A stretch of 63,825 bases of DNA, the filler included, from Diploschistes diacapsis (taxonomy: Eukaryota): the NCBI GenBank assembly GCA_023645945.1. It is 10 parts of 10 records of this genome, joined end to end, with 100 filler letters (N's around TTAATTAATTAA, not from the genome) between each part and the next. Parts side by side here need not be neighbours in the genome. Positions count along the whole stretch, not along the records: positions 1 to 23,929 come from JALAIB010000251.1; 9 more parts are not named here. The stretch is one strand, 5' to 3'. The position numbers were made by a program, and so were the translations under genes. The number at the start of each line of letters is the position of its first letter. Within the stretch, counting starts at the first letter, position 1. Below the pieces are notes generated by a model, which was not told where the DNA came from, did no database searches, and saw only the letters and a list, made by a program, of their open reading frames with translations. Below are positions 1-12,055 of this stretch, piece by piece.

Positions 1-532
1 CCCCTGAGCAGATCTGGTTCACTGCTAGCAACGACTTGTAAGTAAAAGGTGCTTGGTAGACCTGAGTCAACTTATCCTACCGGTTTCCATGATGCGAAAC
101 TAGCCCATCTCGGGACTAGAACGAGTTATTTATTGCTTTTGCTTTGCTGGGCGTCCCCGAGTAGGCTATGTAGTAAACTACAGCTGTGAACTACAGCCGT
201 GAACTTGTGATGGGAAATCACCATGTGCATGCGGTGCCAAATGGGTCCCTCCCAACTCAATGCGAGATTCTTTCCATTACGTACTAGTAGACAAAAGGCG
301 GCCACCCCGTGGTATATAGTTTGCAACCAAAAAAAAAAAAAAAAAACCCGTGGTCCACCCGGATGCTTGCAGCTTTCCCAAAGCTAAACCCTTACCACGC
401 CGTAGAAACAAGAACCCCAAGAAATGCTCAAGCGCGAAAAGTGACCATGCAGGTGAGAAAAGGTTTTCGTCATGCGGTATATCTGTACCAATAGAAGCAA
501 AATGGCCTCTGCATGCTCGGCCATCCCTTTTC

Positions 533-1580
533 TTACCGGTAGGCCTTGGCATAAGGCGATAGCGAGAGGGATTTTGGCGTTTGAGGGTACATCAACGATT
601 GCTCGGATGGTGATGTAGCGCGGGACTGGTCAAAGGAATTGTTGATCGATAGTGGCGGCGTCTGCACGGAAATGGGTCAGCAAAGCTCGGGAATCCGAAA
701 CGGGGTGCGGGAACAAGGCTGAACGATGTGCCGGTGCTGACGACAGGGAGTGAAAGGTGGAAGATGTACTCGGGACTATTTACATATGCGTTGGGTCCTG
801 CATAGGATTGCGTGGTCGGCACCTCGATGCCCCCCATCGAGGTCGGGTAGCTCATGCCAAAGTGGTTGATCATCTCATCCTCGTTGAAGTTGCCTTCAGC
901 CTTGGTCGGGGCGCTGTCGTAGCCCGGGCGGGTCAAAGGTAGAGGCGGGAGGTACAAGGGCTGGCTCGGAAAGTCGGGATAAGGGGCCGGGAGCGTATGG
1001 AAAGGCGCATGTTGCGGGTAAGGGGCGTGGATCGGCGGCGGGTCTGATGCCGGATATTGCGAGTATGTGAAGGACGGTGGGGGAGATGCCGACAGCTGCC
1101 TGGTATACTGGCGAGCGAACATGCTCGAGCCATCATCGCGGGGAGAGAACGACGGCGTCAAGGGTGGAATCGGGGACCGATCGTGTCTCGTGGCATTTGG
1201 GCCGGGCTTGGATGGCCGCTTCTTCTTCCCACCTTCCACCGGCTTGCTTCTCTGGCTTGGCACCGTTTCCGAGTTTTGTTGTTCCGGAGAGCCTGACGAG
1301 GATCCAGCCCGCCTCTCGAGGTCTTCCAGACGACGTTTGAGCTTCTTGCCTGCTTACTGTCAGGTATACGGTTCGTAGCTGGTGGCTGCCCTTACGAACG
1401 GTAGTTTCGCTGAGCAATCCGGTTTTGGATGCGTCTACGCTCTGCAAGATCTGAGATCTTGGTCCAGTCTTCATCCGGATTTGCACTTGGACTCCGGGCA
1501 CTGCTGGTGCTGTGGGAAGCCGTATACCTTGGAGCGGCTGGAGGATGGAAGGAATATGGGTAGCTGTGATGACGCTGCAT
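533..1580 (-). CDS. bZIP transcription factor (Ada-1/ZIF1-like fungal subfamily), 3 exons
   Basis: Splicing intron 1350-1399 (GTTCGT..CTGAC..CAG) gives SANPDEDWTKISDLAERRRIQNRIAQRNYRKKLKRRLEDLERRA, a basic region plus zipper. A second intron at about 662-783 (GTAAAT..CAG) joins a final exon TPPLS..AKAYR*. Subfamily name is from memory. Confidence 0.85.
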
Positions 1581-2265
1581 CTTCAAGTCTCACCGGCAGT
1601 GAATTGTAAGTTGGAGAGGAGAAAGGGAGAAATTGAAAGGTTCGAGAGCCGAGGGAAAGAGGGCTTGTATATGAATATTGTACAAGGCTAAGATCCGCAA
1701 CCAAGGATCATATAGTAGCAACGAAAGAAGGCAGTCCCATGTGCTTTTTTAAAACGGTACGGTAAGTGAACCTACCATCAGTCATTCGAAGCGTTTGGCC
1801 GATCCGAACCGGTGAACCCACACGGCTGCCTAGTATAGGTAGGCTAGCAGTAAGAGGGAAGCACTACTGCATCGTTTGACAGCCAGGGCTTCTGATCAAA
1901 GGCCCGGTCAGTACTCAGTAGTAGTGCCAGTAGGTCGGGGGGTTCTTTGGCCCGAGTGGAAGAATTTGGAAGGAAGAGCAGCGTAGCGTAGCGTCGTACT
2001 GTACTGGTAGTGGTTAAGTGGTAGGGTCTGGATAGGTTTGGAGAGATTTGTTAGAGACACGATCATAATTTTATTTTCCTCGACATTGTCAGTGGTTCAA
2101 CTGTCAGGCAAAATAGTAATCGTCACCGCGGCAGACGAAATGGACAAGCAAGTAATCTCCTGCACCACAGCCTGCTAAGGAATATTTGGGTCCCTAAGTA
2201 TTTTCTACTGGGGCGCTGTCGGACATATTGAGGGCCAAGATACGCTTCTCGTTACCTGTAGTAGT

Positions 2266-2291
2266 AGTCGGAGCAGTCGGAGCAGTCGGAG
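2266..2291. repeat. (AGTCGGAGC)x3 short tandem repeat in the bZIP upstream region
   Basis: Read directly, within a TAG/AGT-rich stretch. Confidence 0.7.
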
Positions 2292-4739
2292 TAGTTAGCA
2301 GCGGAAAGAATCCCAAGGAGTTTACTGGCAGTTACGTCGACTGCCTACTAGTAGTTGGGAACTGAGCCAAGATCGAGTACTTGATTGATAGGTCCTAGTA
2401 GAGACTACTAATTAATACCAGTAGTAGTACCTCTAGTACCTAGTAGTAGTTAGTAGTTGTAATCATGTGAAGCTAACTAAGCTCCTGCCCTGTGTGGCCT
2501 GCGTGAGCTTTTGTTATTGTCAAACTGGGGGGCAGTCTGCCAGTTTACTCACTTCCGACATACTAGTAGTAGTTTCCTTCCTAATGAGGGCAGAATCAAC
2601 TAGAACTGGCTTCAACGATTCGGACAGATTCATCCAGCACTCATGACTCGACTCGTGAGCAGCCAGCTACCTACATAATCTTGACACAAACCCAATATGT
2701 GTCCTACTCATCCTCAAAACCTGATGATATCAAACAGACTCAGCACCTCCATGGAACGTGGCGCGCCGCCATCATAACCCTCTCACCCGTGTTTCATATC
2801 GAGAGATTCTGAACACGGAGCCTAAGGGCCCCGATCTCGACCACGATGACCCTCTGATGCGATTCCGTTTCTCGATTAGTATTCATAGAACGCTAACCCT
2901 TTGGTTTCCAGTATAAGTAAACGATGCTCTTCTACGGATCCCTTAGGAGAGCTTCCCGTTGTTCCCGCCAGTGGCACCAGGTGATGTTAAAAGTCCGTGG
3001 ACATTCCTTAGCAAACGTAGTTACCATCGTGCCCGTGGACTCTTGACATGCCCTGGTCCACCGAACGCGGTAACAGTCGGGGTTGTCGGGGCTGCGGTCG
3101 TGGACGTTGGACGTTCTCATAGGGCAAGATATGTCTCAAGGGAGTCCAGGCTGAAGTGCTATGAGCCTATGCACAAAGCTCCCGCCCGCCAATGATGTAA
3201 TTCAGGATCACCGAAGATTTTAATATGATTAATGATGTGTAAAGACAGCTGGAATGGGGCTTGACAGGGGCTTAAGCGTCTGACTAGCTAGGGGAAAGAG
3301 AGGACCCGTTTGTATTACAAAGCTGGAGCGAGCCCCAATGTCGACTAGCTAGCGAGTGGTGATAGATGCACATGCTTGACATGATCGCCCTCGTCCGTGG
3401 GCGTGGCCGCGTGGCCGCTCAAGGATGGAATTCGGAATTCAAGGGCGGGACGTGAGAATAGCTTGGAAGGATCTTGCCGCATCGCATGCAAGTGGGCGTT
3501 GGGCCTAATGAGACTAAGTTCTAAGTATGTACCAAATACCTATCTACAGATTAGTAACTGACTGTTGGGGCATTTTTAACTAGTAAATAAATAAATAAAT
3601 GTATACGCTAAGGTAAGGTAACGTGACCGGTCATTGATGCCTAAGTCCGGAATCCCGGATCCGAAAACAACGGAGATAATAACTTATCAATTATTCCAGC
3701 AGAGTAGGGAAGCATTCATTCCTCATTCCTCCCCCCGCGTACTCGCACTCTTAGACTTAGTATAGTATAGTAATAGTGGTACTTGGATCGGGGAATTAAT
3801 ACAGTGGTGAGTAAGCTCACTGGAGCGCTTAGTACATGTCCCATTCCATGTACCTGTAGAATAATGGCCTCTCCATACACAATGTGGAATATATTGCGCT
3901 CGAGGCTTGCCCTACGAGGCAGCATCGACAATCGTAGATGAACCTACGAAGCTTCTTCCTTCTACGTCTTGGAAGCTCATCCATCTCGCGTTTTCCCATC
4001 CATGCGAAGGTAGCCTCCCAGTCTAGGCAACTGCACCCGCCATATTTTTACGACATGCAGCTATAACAAAAAACTCATGTTTGTCCACTTCCCAAGGGCG
4101 GTGCATGGGAACATGGGAAAGGCGAAAAGCGAACAGCGAAAAGGGAAAATCGAAGCTCACTCAGCCTTACTGACCTTGCAGCCGTGGGGTCCGAAGAACT
4201 TGAAGGCTAGAGAGGGGGCGGAATGTCGGTGAGCCTGGCTTCGGTGAGTAGGACTGATATGTGTATATGTGTCCATCTGAAATGGTTGAGAAATCCCCAA
4301 ACAGCAGCATCACATGATCATGAGTCGAGGAATGGAGCTGCAAACAACCACAACCTTCACGGAAATCACACCGCTCCGCAACGGCTTGGGGCCTAGCGAG
4401 CGCAGCATCCTGCTCCGGGTATCGTTACTAATGGATTTTATCTTGCATCGATTGATACCAGGCGCCATTGGACTTTGCGGACGACTTCATGCGCAGCACG
4501 GATACGGATACGGGGGGGCCCTGACCTTCGAAAATCGAAAATCGCTGTGGCCTACTGCACACTGTGACGCTGCTACTGAAGTGTACGGGCTCTGACGTGC
4601 GGCTGAAATTCAGGTCACCAGTCCTCCTCCGAAACAAAGAGCCGAGTGCATCACCAATTGTTATCGATGGGATCTACGCGCTCTTGTCTCGATGTCTTGT
4701 CTGATCGACCAGTCCTGACCATTGTATCAGTCGGATTCG

Positions 4740-5250
4740 GTGTGGGCGTCCAAACAGCTTCGACAATTCGCTGTGGTAGGGGCCGTTGACACGTCTGGCC
4801 GCTGTTTTGTGCATGATGATATCCTACCTTTGCATCCCTATATCCATTTTACGCCTGTTCGGCAATTCAGCGTGCTCTCAGGGATATCAAAAAGCGAGCT
4901 GGGGTGATTTTCAACAACTACTTCGACCTCAGCAGCAGTGCAATTAAATTTGTCTTCCAGGGAAAGTGCTCTACGTCTCATGGTTACATCCCGGACTTGA
5001 AGTCTGTCCTTTCGGGTATTTCAACAAGTAGAGGGACTGTAGTTTGCGTCAGGTCTCTCTCCGTCACCTGTATAACACACCATTGCTTTCATTCATTCTC
5101 GGCTTTTCGATGTTTTGTTGGTGCTCAACCAGCGCTCACTCCCTGCTCCCTGTCGGTGATCTTCGCGAAGTATATATGCCGCATCTCACTGGGGCGAGGT
5201 CCATGGCTTTCAGTTATCTGCTTGCCGGACTAGCGCCTACAGTCTCATAG
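4740..5250 (+). pseudogene. Possible decayed fungal-specific (Zn2Cys6-associated) transcription factor fragment
   Basis: Fragments SFDNSLW* and LLSFILGFSMFCW..DLREVYMPHLTGARSM recall the W..HLxGAR pattern of Fungal_trans_2 domains; the frames are broken. Confidence 0.25.
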
Positions 5251-5425
5251 CATCCAAGATCACCTGCACCGCCTTCGCTTTGACAATACAGAGTTAGCTC
5301 AGGCCAGTAAGTCACGTCGTACTTTGAGTATAATACAAAACTGCTCCAACCGATAATTTACACGTACTAAGTATCTATCTGAACATGTTATGGAGCTAGC
5401 ATATTCGTCCCGCAAGAAAGTGAGG

Positions 5426-6780
5426 TTAGCTAGGAGGGAGACTCTGTTGGGGAAAAGGCTTTGCAGGTTCGATACGTCCAACACAACTACCAAAGCCAAC
5501 CTTGGAATCTCCCGAGCCACAGTAACCCCTTACTGAGATCGTGTCCCCATCTTCGAGGAATTTTCGCTGTTCTTGACCCACAGAGAACGCAACCTTGCCC
5601 CCGCTTGTCTGCTCAAGCAGGCTGCCCTGAGCGCGCTCCCCGATACCAGAAATTGTACCAGACCCTAGGAGATCTCCCACCCGCATGTTGCAGCCCGATA
5701 TAGTGTGATGTGCCAGCATTTGGGGGAAGGAGAAGAGTAGATTTTTCGCGTTCGTTGATGTAATGGAGGAGCTCGAGCCCGCGGATGCTAGTTATCAACT
5801 CAATACTCGCGCACGGATATAGGAGCCAGTCGCTTACTGGTGAGTTCAACCTCGAGTGCGATATCGAACATGTTCTCTCTTGAAGCCTCGTTTAAATAAT
5901 CCAACACTGTCGTATCGTTTGGAAGGCCCGCGCATCGAAATGGTTCCAAAGCGTCAGCCAGGACCACCCAAGGGCTGATGGTGGTTCCGAAATTCTTCGA
6001 CAGGAAGGGGCCGAGGGGCACGGCCTCCCAAGCCTGCAGGTCGCGTGCGCTCCAGTCGTTCAGTAGAACAAACCCAAACAGGTGTTCATGCGCTTGGTCA
6101 ACGGATATGGGCTCGCCCAGGGAGCTATCCTTGCAGATGAAGGCGCCAAGCTCGAGCTCCATATCAAGGCGTCTGCTTGGAGAAAAGATGGGAACCTTTA
6201 CCTCCGCCGCAGGGTTCTCCAGGATCTGGCCTGACGGCCTTCTGATGGGTGTGCCAGATACCACAACAGAAGACGCTCGGCCATGGTAGGCGACAGGCAT
6301 GTGGCAATAGTTGGGTTGCAAGGCATTGCTCGGCCCTCTGAAGATGATGCCACAATTGTAGGCATGGTGTTTGCCGGCAAAGAAGTCTGTGTAATCGCCA
6401 ATCTCCATGGGGAGGTGGGATCTGACCTCACTCAGGGGCACAAGCGCCTGCTCTCGTAGCGACTCGTTATCTCGAAGGATCCACGGGTGCATGGTTTCGG
6501 TAGCGAGCACATCTTGAAGGTAGCCACGGATGAGTCTGTGGTGGGCTCTTCCCAGAGCTGCAAAAGCGTTCAAGGAAGTCTCGCCGAAGGCTCCGAGATG
6601 GTGCTCTATCATGTCGAGGGGCTTGAAGCCGCCATGTTCGGCGAACTCCTTGAGATCGAGGGCGCAATCTCCAATAGCCACTGCAGGTCTCGGAATGGTA
6701 CCGGACTTACTCGAGATGATGCCAAAGGGGATGTTGGCTATCGAAAATGGGGAGTCCTGGGGAATGTGCACCCACGACAT
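5426..6780 (-). CDS. fahA: Fumarylacetoacetate hydrolase, 2 exons (intron about 5788-5837)
   Basis: FSIANIPFGI, IGDYTDFFAG, PVAYHGRASSVVVSG, LDMELELG, LLNDWSARDLQAWE, LGPFLSKNFGTTISPW, HHTISGCNMRVGDLLGSGTISG. Confidence 0.95.
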
Positions 6781-7382
6781 GATTTGGGATGTCTTTAACG
6801 ATGGCTTGTTGCGTAGTAGCACGTAAAGCACTTTGAAGCCATCGTCATGGCTTTCGTACAATACAGGATTGCTAGGCCTCTCGTTTTTGGGCCGAAGAAG
6901 TGGTTGAAAGCTGCCGTAATAGGCAAGCCTAAGCGCAAGCTTATCGTCCTCCCCCGAACCACCGTGAATACCCAGGTAGAGAAATCTCGAGCCACAACTC
7001 GAGTTCCCGAGTCATGCAAGTTTTACTCGAATGCTAAAACTGCGGGGGTTCTAGCCATGATCCGTTTCCACGTCGTTGGTGCAGCAAAGCATCACGGTCT
7101 CGGAAAATTTCCCAGGACTTTGAACTGGGTTGGGCGTTGCCATCCGTACTTGTTCCGGGGTCCTCGTACTTTTGTTTCTTCGGCAAAAGGGAGTCTACAT
7201 CCCATATACTGACTCGCTCTCCTCGGCCCCTTATATAGACTTGGGTTGTGAGGGGCACTACAATTGCCTAAGCTAAAGTGCATGGCATTCTCTGGGCGGC
7301 TTGGATAAGAACAAGAGATCGCTCTGGTCGTTCACAAACTTTTCGTATATTGTTCAATTGAGAAGCGGGAAGCGCGAGTACT

Positions 7383-9118
7383 ATGATTAGCGAAGCAAGT
7401 TCCCCTCTTCAAGGGCTTGTGCTTTTGGCGGTAGTCTTCGCCCTCTGGAAGTATCTTAACCATACGGACAAACCCAAAATCAAAGGAATCCCCGAGGTCC
7501 CTGGCATTCCACTCTTTGGAAACTTGCTGCAGTTGGGCGACGAGCACGCGAAGAGAGCGCAGGAGCTGGCAAAGAAATATGGCGCTGTCTTTCAAGTAAG
7601 ACTGGGCAACAAGGTAGGCACATCAGTCCTTCTGGATGCGGCCCATTTGCTAAGGTACCGGACGCTGACTTGCGCATCCAACAGAGAATCGTCTATGCAA
7701 ACTCGTGGAAGAGCGTTCGTGAGCTCTGGATCGGCAACCAATCTTCCTTGATCTCGAGGCCGATCCTGCATACCTTTCACTCGGTCGTGAGCTCCTCGCA
7801 AGGCTTCACCATTGGCACTTCCCCATGGGATGAATCCTGCAAACGGCGCAGAAAGGCCGCAGCCACGGCACTCAACCGGCCAGCAGTGCAAAGCTATATG
7901 CCCATTATTGATCACGAGTCGACCGTTTCCATCAAACAATTGCTGCATGACAGCAGGAGCGGCGAAGTTGAAATCGACCCCAACACATACTTCCAGCAGT
8001 TTGCCCTAAACACAAGTCTGACCCTGAACTACGGTTACCGTGTTGACGATCAGGAGGTGCTCAAAGAAATATATCACGTAGAACGAGAGATCTCGAACTT
8101 TAGGTCTACAAGCAACAATTGGCAGTAAGCCTCAATTATGCACAGACATAAAGGCAACTGACTTGATAAATTGTACAGAGACTATGTACCATTGCTTCGT
8201 CTAGCTATATGGTCCGATAAGAACCGTCAAGCAGAGGTGTTCCGTCAAAGAAGGGATCAGTACTTGGCATTATTGCTTCAGACACTCAAGGACAAGATTG
8301 CCAAGAAGGAAGACAAACCTTGGTTGTTTGCGAGAAGACCCCAGAAGCTCAGTTGGATACTAACTTTCGCTAGCATATCCGGCAATGTCTTGAAGGATCC
8401 GGATGCCAAACTGAACGATGCCGAGCTCAAGAGCATATGTTTGACCATGGTTTCAGCCGGCCTTGACACAGTCCCTGGTAACCTGATTATGGGATTTGCA
8501 TATCTCTCCTCCGCAGATGGTCAGAAAGTCCAAGAGCGTGCATATCGGGAGATTATGAAGGCCTATCCGAATGGTGATGCTTGGGACAAGGTTGTGCAAG
8601 AGGAAAAGGTCGAGTATGTGACCGCTTTCGTGAAAGAAGTGCTCAGGTTTTTCACGGTCATTCCGATATCCCTGCCTCGAGTGTCAATTTCGGATATCAA
8701 ATATGAAGGAGCATTGATACCTGCAGGCACGACCTTCTATATGAACGCATACGCCGCAGACTACGACGAGTCATTTTTTGAATCCCCCCATACATTCTCT
8801 CCAGAAAGATATCTTTCTCCTTCGATACATGCCACATCCGGAACACCACATTATGGGTATGGCGCCGGATCCAGAATGTGCGCTGGCTCTCACTTAGCGA
8901 ACCGGGAGCTTTATGTGGCATTCTCTAGGATCATCATTTCAATGAGACTTAACGAGGCAAGCGATCCAAAGGATAGACCAATTATTGATCCACTAGAGTG
9001 TAATGCTCTCAAGACCAGTTTAACCACGGACCCAAAACCTTTTAAACTGCGGTTGCAGATCCGAGAAGGCGCTGAAAAGTGGTTACCGGGTTGGCAGTCG
9101 ACGGAAAGCCTTATCTGA
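7383..9118 (+). CDS. phacA: Cytochrome P450 CYP504A, phenylacetate 2-hydroxylase, 4 exons
   Basis: LISRPILHTFHSVVSSSQGFTIGTSPWDESCKRRRKAAATALNRP and LTMVSAGLDTVPGN are typical of PhacA. EVLR, PERY and the heme motif YGAGSRMCAG are present. Introns lie near 7614-7684, 8125-8178 and 8323-8373. Confidence 0.93.
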
Positions 9119-9256
9119 GAAGATCAAGGTCAAACTCGGCGATAGTTTAGAGAACCGTCCTTCGTAACTCGGGGTCGTCCCCTTATAAGCTTCAGTACAT
9201 CTTTGAATCCCTAGCTGTAATTTGAAAAGTCAAAATCTGATGGTTTCGGCGACTGG

Positions 9257-9805
9257 TCAAAGATGCACGCCATTTGGGTCGTCATCGTCTTCCTGCTGCT
9301 GCATCCTTTCTTCCATCAAGCGCCTAAGTTCCGCATCTCCATAACGTCCGCCATCTGCTCTCCCTTCCACAGGCTGTGCTTGGCTACCATTCCTTGGAGC
9401 ATGGGCAGCTGACCGTTGCGACCGCCATCCTTGGCTTTCTTGAGTACTACGCGCTGAATCGGATTCCTGCAATGATTCGCTAACTTCAACGCCGTCCTCG
9501 GCCGTTTCTCCATTGACCTCACGAGCCTTTCCCTCATCCCAATTAAACCCCCTGCTTTCAACTTCTTTCCTCAACAGCTCCAAACGGACCTTCATTCTCG
9601 AAACAACTTCCACGTTCTCCTCAATCGCTTCCGAACAGTCCTTGTCTCCCGCATCCGCGAAATTCTGCAGCTCGCCAATCGAGAGCTCGAGGTGAGCGAC
9701 CGAGTTGCGAAGCTCGGACCCTTTAGCGAAAAGAGAAGACAGTGGAAGCTCGGTGAGAGCGGCGGCAAAACGAGCGGCAGTAATAGGCTCAGACGTATTT
9801 GACAT
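9257..9805 (-). CDS. Tma17/Adc17-like coiled-coil protein
   Basis: FAAALTELPLSSLFAKGSELRNSVAHL..GDKDCSEAIEENVEVVSRM..EVESRG matches the conserved fungal Tma17-like pattern; single exon. Confidence 0.75.
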   Translation of the reverse strand: MSNTSEPITAARFAAALTELPLSSLFAKGSELRNSVAHLELSIGELQNFADAGDKDCSEAIEENVEVVSRMKVRLELLRKEVESRGFNWDEGKAREVNGETAEDGVEVSESLQESDSARSTQESQGWRSQRSAAHAPRNGSQAQPVEGRADGGRYGDAELRRLMEERMQQQEDDDDPNGVHL

Positions 9806-10251
9806 TGTTTCCGAAAAAACGCGAATGATTGGGATCCTATAGGCTGCTTGCGGGGAGGCAGTGGCTCACCGTTCAAGAACCCCAGAGCTTGGGGAGTATC
9901 AGTCAAGTCCTTTCAAACCCTATAGTGGTATCGGTTGGCTCGATATTTTCTGTACTCGCAAAAAGATCGCTGGTTGTTTTTTGATATGTAGTTGTTTGGA
10001 GTCGCACAAGAATGATCTGAATCTCGAATATGACGCTTGGAGATGTGGCGCGCTTAAAGGGTCAAAACACGGTGAGCACCCTGCCAGCCCGGCACCTTCC
10101 GGTGTCATGAACATATGTCTTTGTCGAGGAATAGAGTTACCACCCACGCACATGGATGTAGAAGTACAACTTGGGCATAGTAAGTGATATTTACTTTTTA
10201 CAATTTTGGACATTTATAGCTCATGTGCTTGCGCCTGCTTGCTTCTTGACA

Positions 10252-11376
10252 ATGACTCCCCCTACGCTCAAGGTTGAACTCGTCAACCAGACGTCATCAA
10301 GTACGGTATTTGCTTATATCACCGGCCTCGACATTGATCGAGGGAACTCCTGGGTTATCGTCAAGTCGGACGGCAATCTCTATTACCCTTCGTCTCCGTC
10401 CGAGATATTGCAGCCGCTGGGCGAGGAATGTGGAATATCCCTAGGTAACCCGGGCTCAAGCCGAACGGTCACTATTCCGCATATTGCTGGTGGTCGCATC
10501 TACTTCTCGGTGGACAAGCCACTGATATTTCTCCTTAATCCTGGACCGGCACTTGTGGAACCCTCTCCAACGAATCCCTCTGATCCCAACTACAACACAT
10601 CGTGGCATTTCTGCGAATTTACCTACAACAGTGCACAGCTCTTTGCAAACATCTCCTACGTGGACTTCGTAGCCCTTCCGATAGCGCTCACACTCGAGAC
10701 TACTCGCGGTGACACGAAGCGCGTACCTGGATCCGGTCCGGATGCACTCGCTACTGTGTGTTCCGAGTTGGAAGCTCAGCAAGCCAAGGATGGCGCCGGC
10801 TGGGACTCTTTGATAGTGAGAGCCAACGATAAGCCGCTGCGTGCCCTTAGCCCGAACAACGGCATCGTCCTAAACGGGGCTCTGTTCGAAAATTATTGGT
10901 CACGATACGTTGACGAAGCTTGGTCGAAGTATGCCAACGAAGTCCTGATCGTTGATACCCAAGCTGCTCCCGGGCAGGTCAAGGGCAACGTGACAGGCCA
11001 AGAGTTGAAGTTCTCGGCCGGCTCCTACGCGAAACCCTCCGCCCGCGACATATTCAGTTGCAGTACCGGGCCGTTTGCCGGAGGAAGCCCGGAAATGCTG
11101 GCTATCACCCCACGCCTTGCGGCGGCTATCAACAGGAGCACACTTCACACGCATGCAATGCAACCAAGTGCCGAAGCCACGGATCTCTATTACACCCACC
11201 AAGTAACGAATCATTACGCGAGGATCGTTCATGAAGTTAACCTGGACAAGAGAGGCTATGCGTTTCCTTATGACGATGTCGTGCCTAATGGGGGCTCGGA
11301 CGTTGCCGGTACATTTTTCGATTCGGAACCCGAGCTATTCAGGGTAACAGTCGGGGGCAAAGACGGCCAGTGCTAG
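10252..11376 (+). CDS. GH64 beta-1,3-glucanase (glucanase B / thaumatin-like fold)
   Basis: GGRIYFS, WHFCEFTYN, FANISYVDFV, TNHYARIVH, GYAFPYDDV. Intronless, no signal peptide from the ATG at 10252. Confidence 0.92.
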   Translation: MTPPTLKVELVNQTSSSTVFAYITGLDIDRGNSWVIVKSDGNLYYPSSPSEILQPLGEECGISLGNPGSSRTVTIPHIAGGRIYFSVDKPLIFLLNPGPALVEPSPTNPSDPNYNTSWHFCEFTYNSAQLFANISYVDFVALPIALTLETTRGDTKRVPGSGPDALATVCSELEAQQAKDGAGWDSLIVRANDKPLRALSPNNGIVLNGALFENYWSRYVDEAWSKYANEVLIVDTQAAPGQVKGNVTGQELKFSAGSYAKPSARDIFSCSTGPFAGGSPEMLAITPRLAAAINRSTLHTHAMQPSAEATDLYYTHQVTNHYARIVHEVNLDKRGYAFPYDDVVPNGGSDVAGTFFDSEPELFRVTVGGKDGQC

Positions 11377-11512
11377 GCAGGGGCAGCTTACCTTGCGTAG
11401 GGAAATGTCTTTCTCATATCAGGACATGTACCGACGATCTTGACATCGGGCTGAGGGAACATTGGATTTTTCAGGAATATGATGCTTCACTGCTCTAGCA
11501 AACAGTTCAAGT

Positions 11513-12055
11513 TTATTGTGTCAATTCTTCCCCAAGAACATTGATAAGATTCTCGAGTGCCTTGATTTTCTCGTCAGACCTCTTGATGGCCAAATCCCTC
11601 TCTGACATCAGTGCCTCAATCTTGTCCTCGATGGACCGCAGCGTCCTCGTTCGCTCCGATTTGGCTTCGTCCAGCTCGGCATCGAGCTTGCCGCGTAGAT
11701 CCTTTGTCGGTGCCTTGGACGCTCCGGTGGAGCTCTCGGGCAGGACGCCTCCGGTCGAGGTGGCGGTATGCGTAGCGTTCGGGGCTGGAATCTGTGACGG
11801 CACATCGCCGTGCACCTTGACGCAATGCTGGACCATGTTCCACTGCCTCCCGAACCCCTGGCGATGTCTCTTGCAGTGTATGACGGGGCAATGGTGCTCG
11901 CGCGGCGTCCGGCCCTCGCTGTCCTTCCGATGGACCTCGCGTCGGTGGCGAGCCAGGTCGTGTTTGTTGCTGAACGGCTTGACGCGGCAGCCTTCCTCCT
12001 CGCAGCGATAGCGCCTTTCCTTGTCCGTGCTCAAAGGCCGCCTTTCCTCAGGCAT
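11513..12055 (-). CDS. Two-finger C2H2 zinc-finger protein with C-terminal coiled coil (upstream exons possible)
   Basis: YRCEEEGC..FSNKHDLARHRREVH and HCPVIHC..FGRQWNMVQHCVKVH, then a heptad-rich helical tail. Confidence 0.75.
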   Translation of the reverse strand: MPEERRPLSTDKERRYRCEEEGCRVKPFSNKHDLARHRREVHRKDSEGRTPREHHCPVIHCKRHRQGFGRQWNMVQHCVKVHGDVPSQIPAPNATHTATSTGGVLPESSTGASKAPTKDLRGKLDAELDEAKSERTRTLRSIEDKIEALMSERDLAIKRSDEKIKALENLINVLGEELTQ

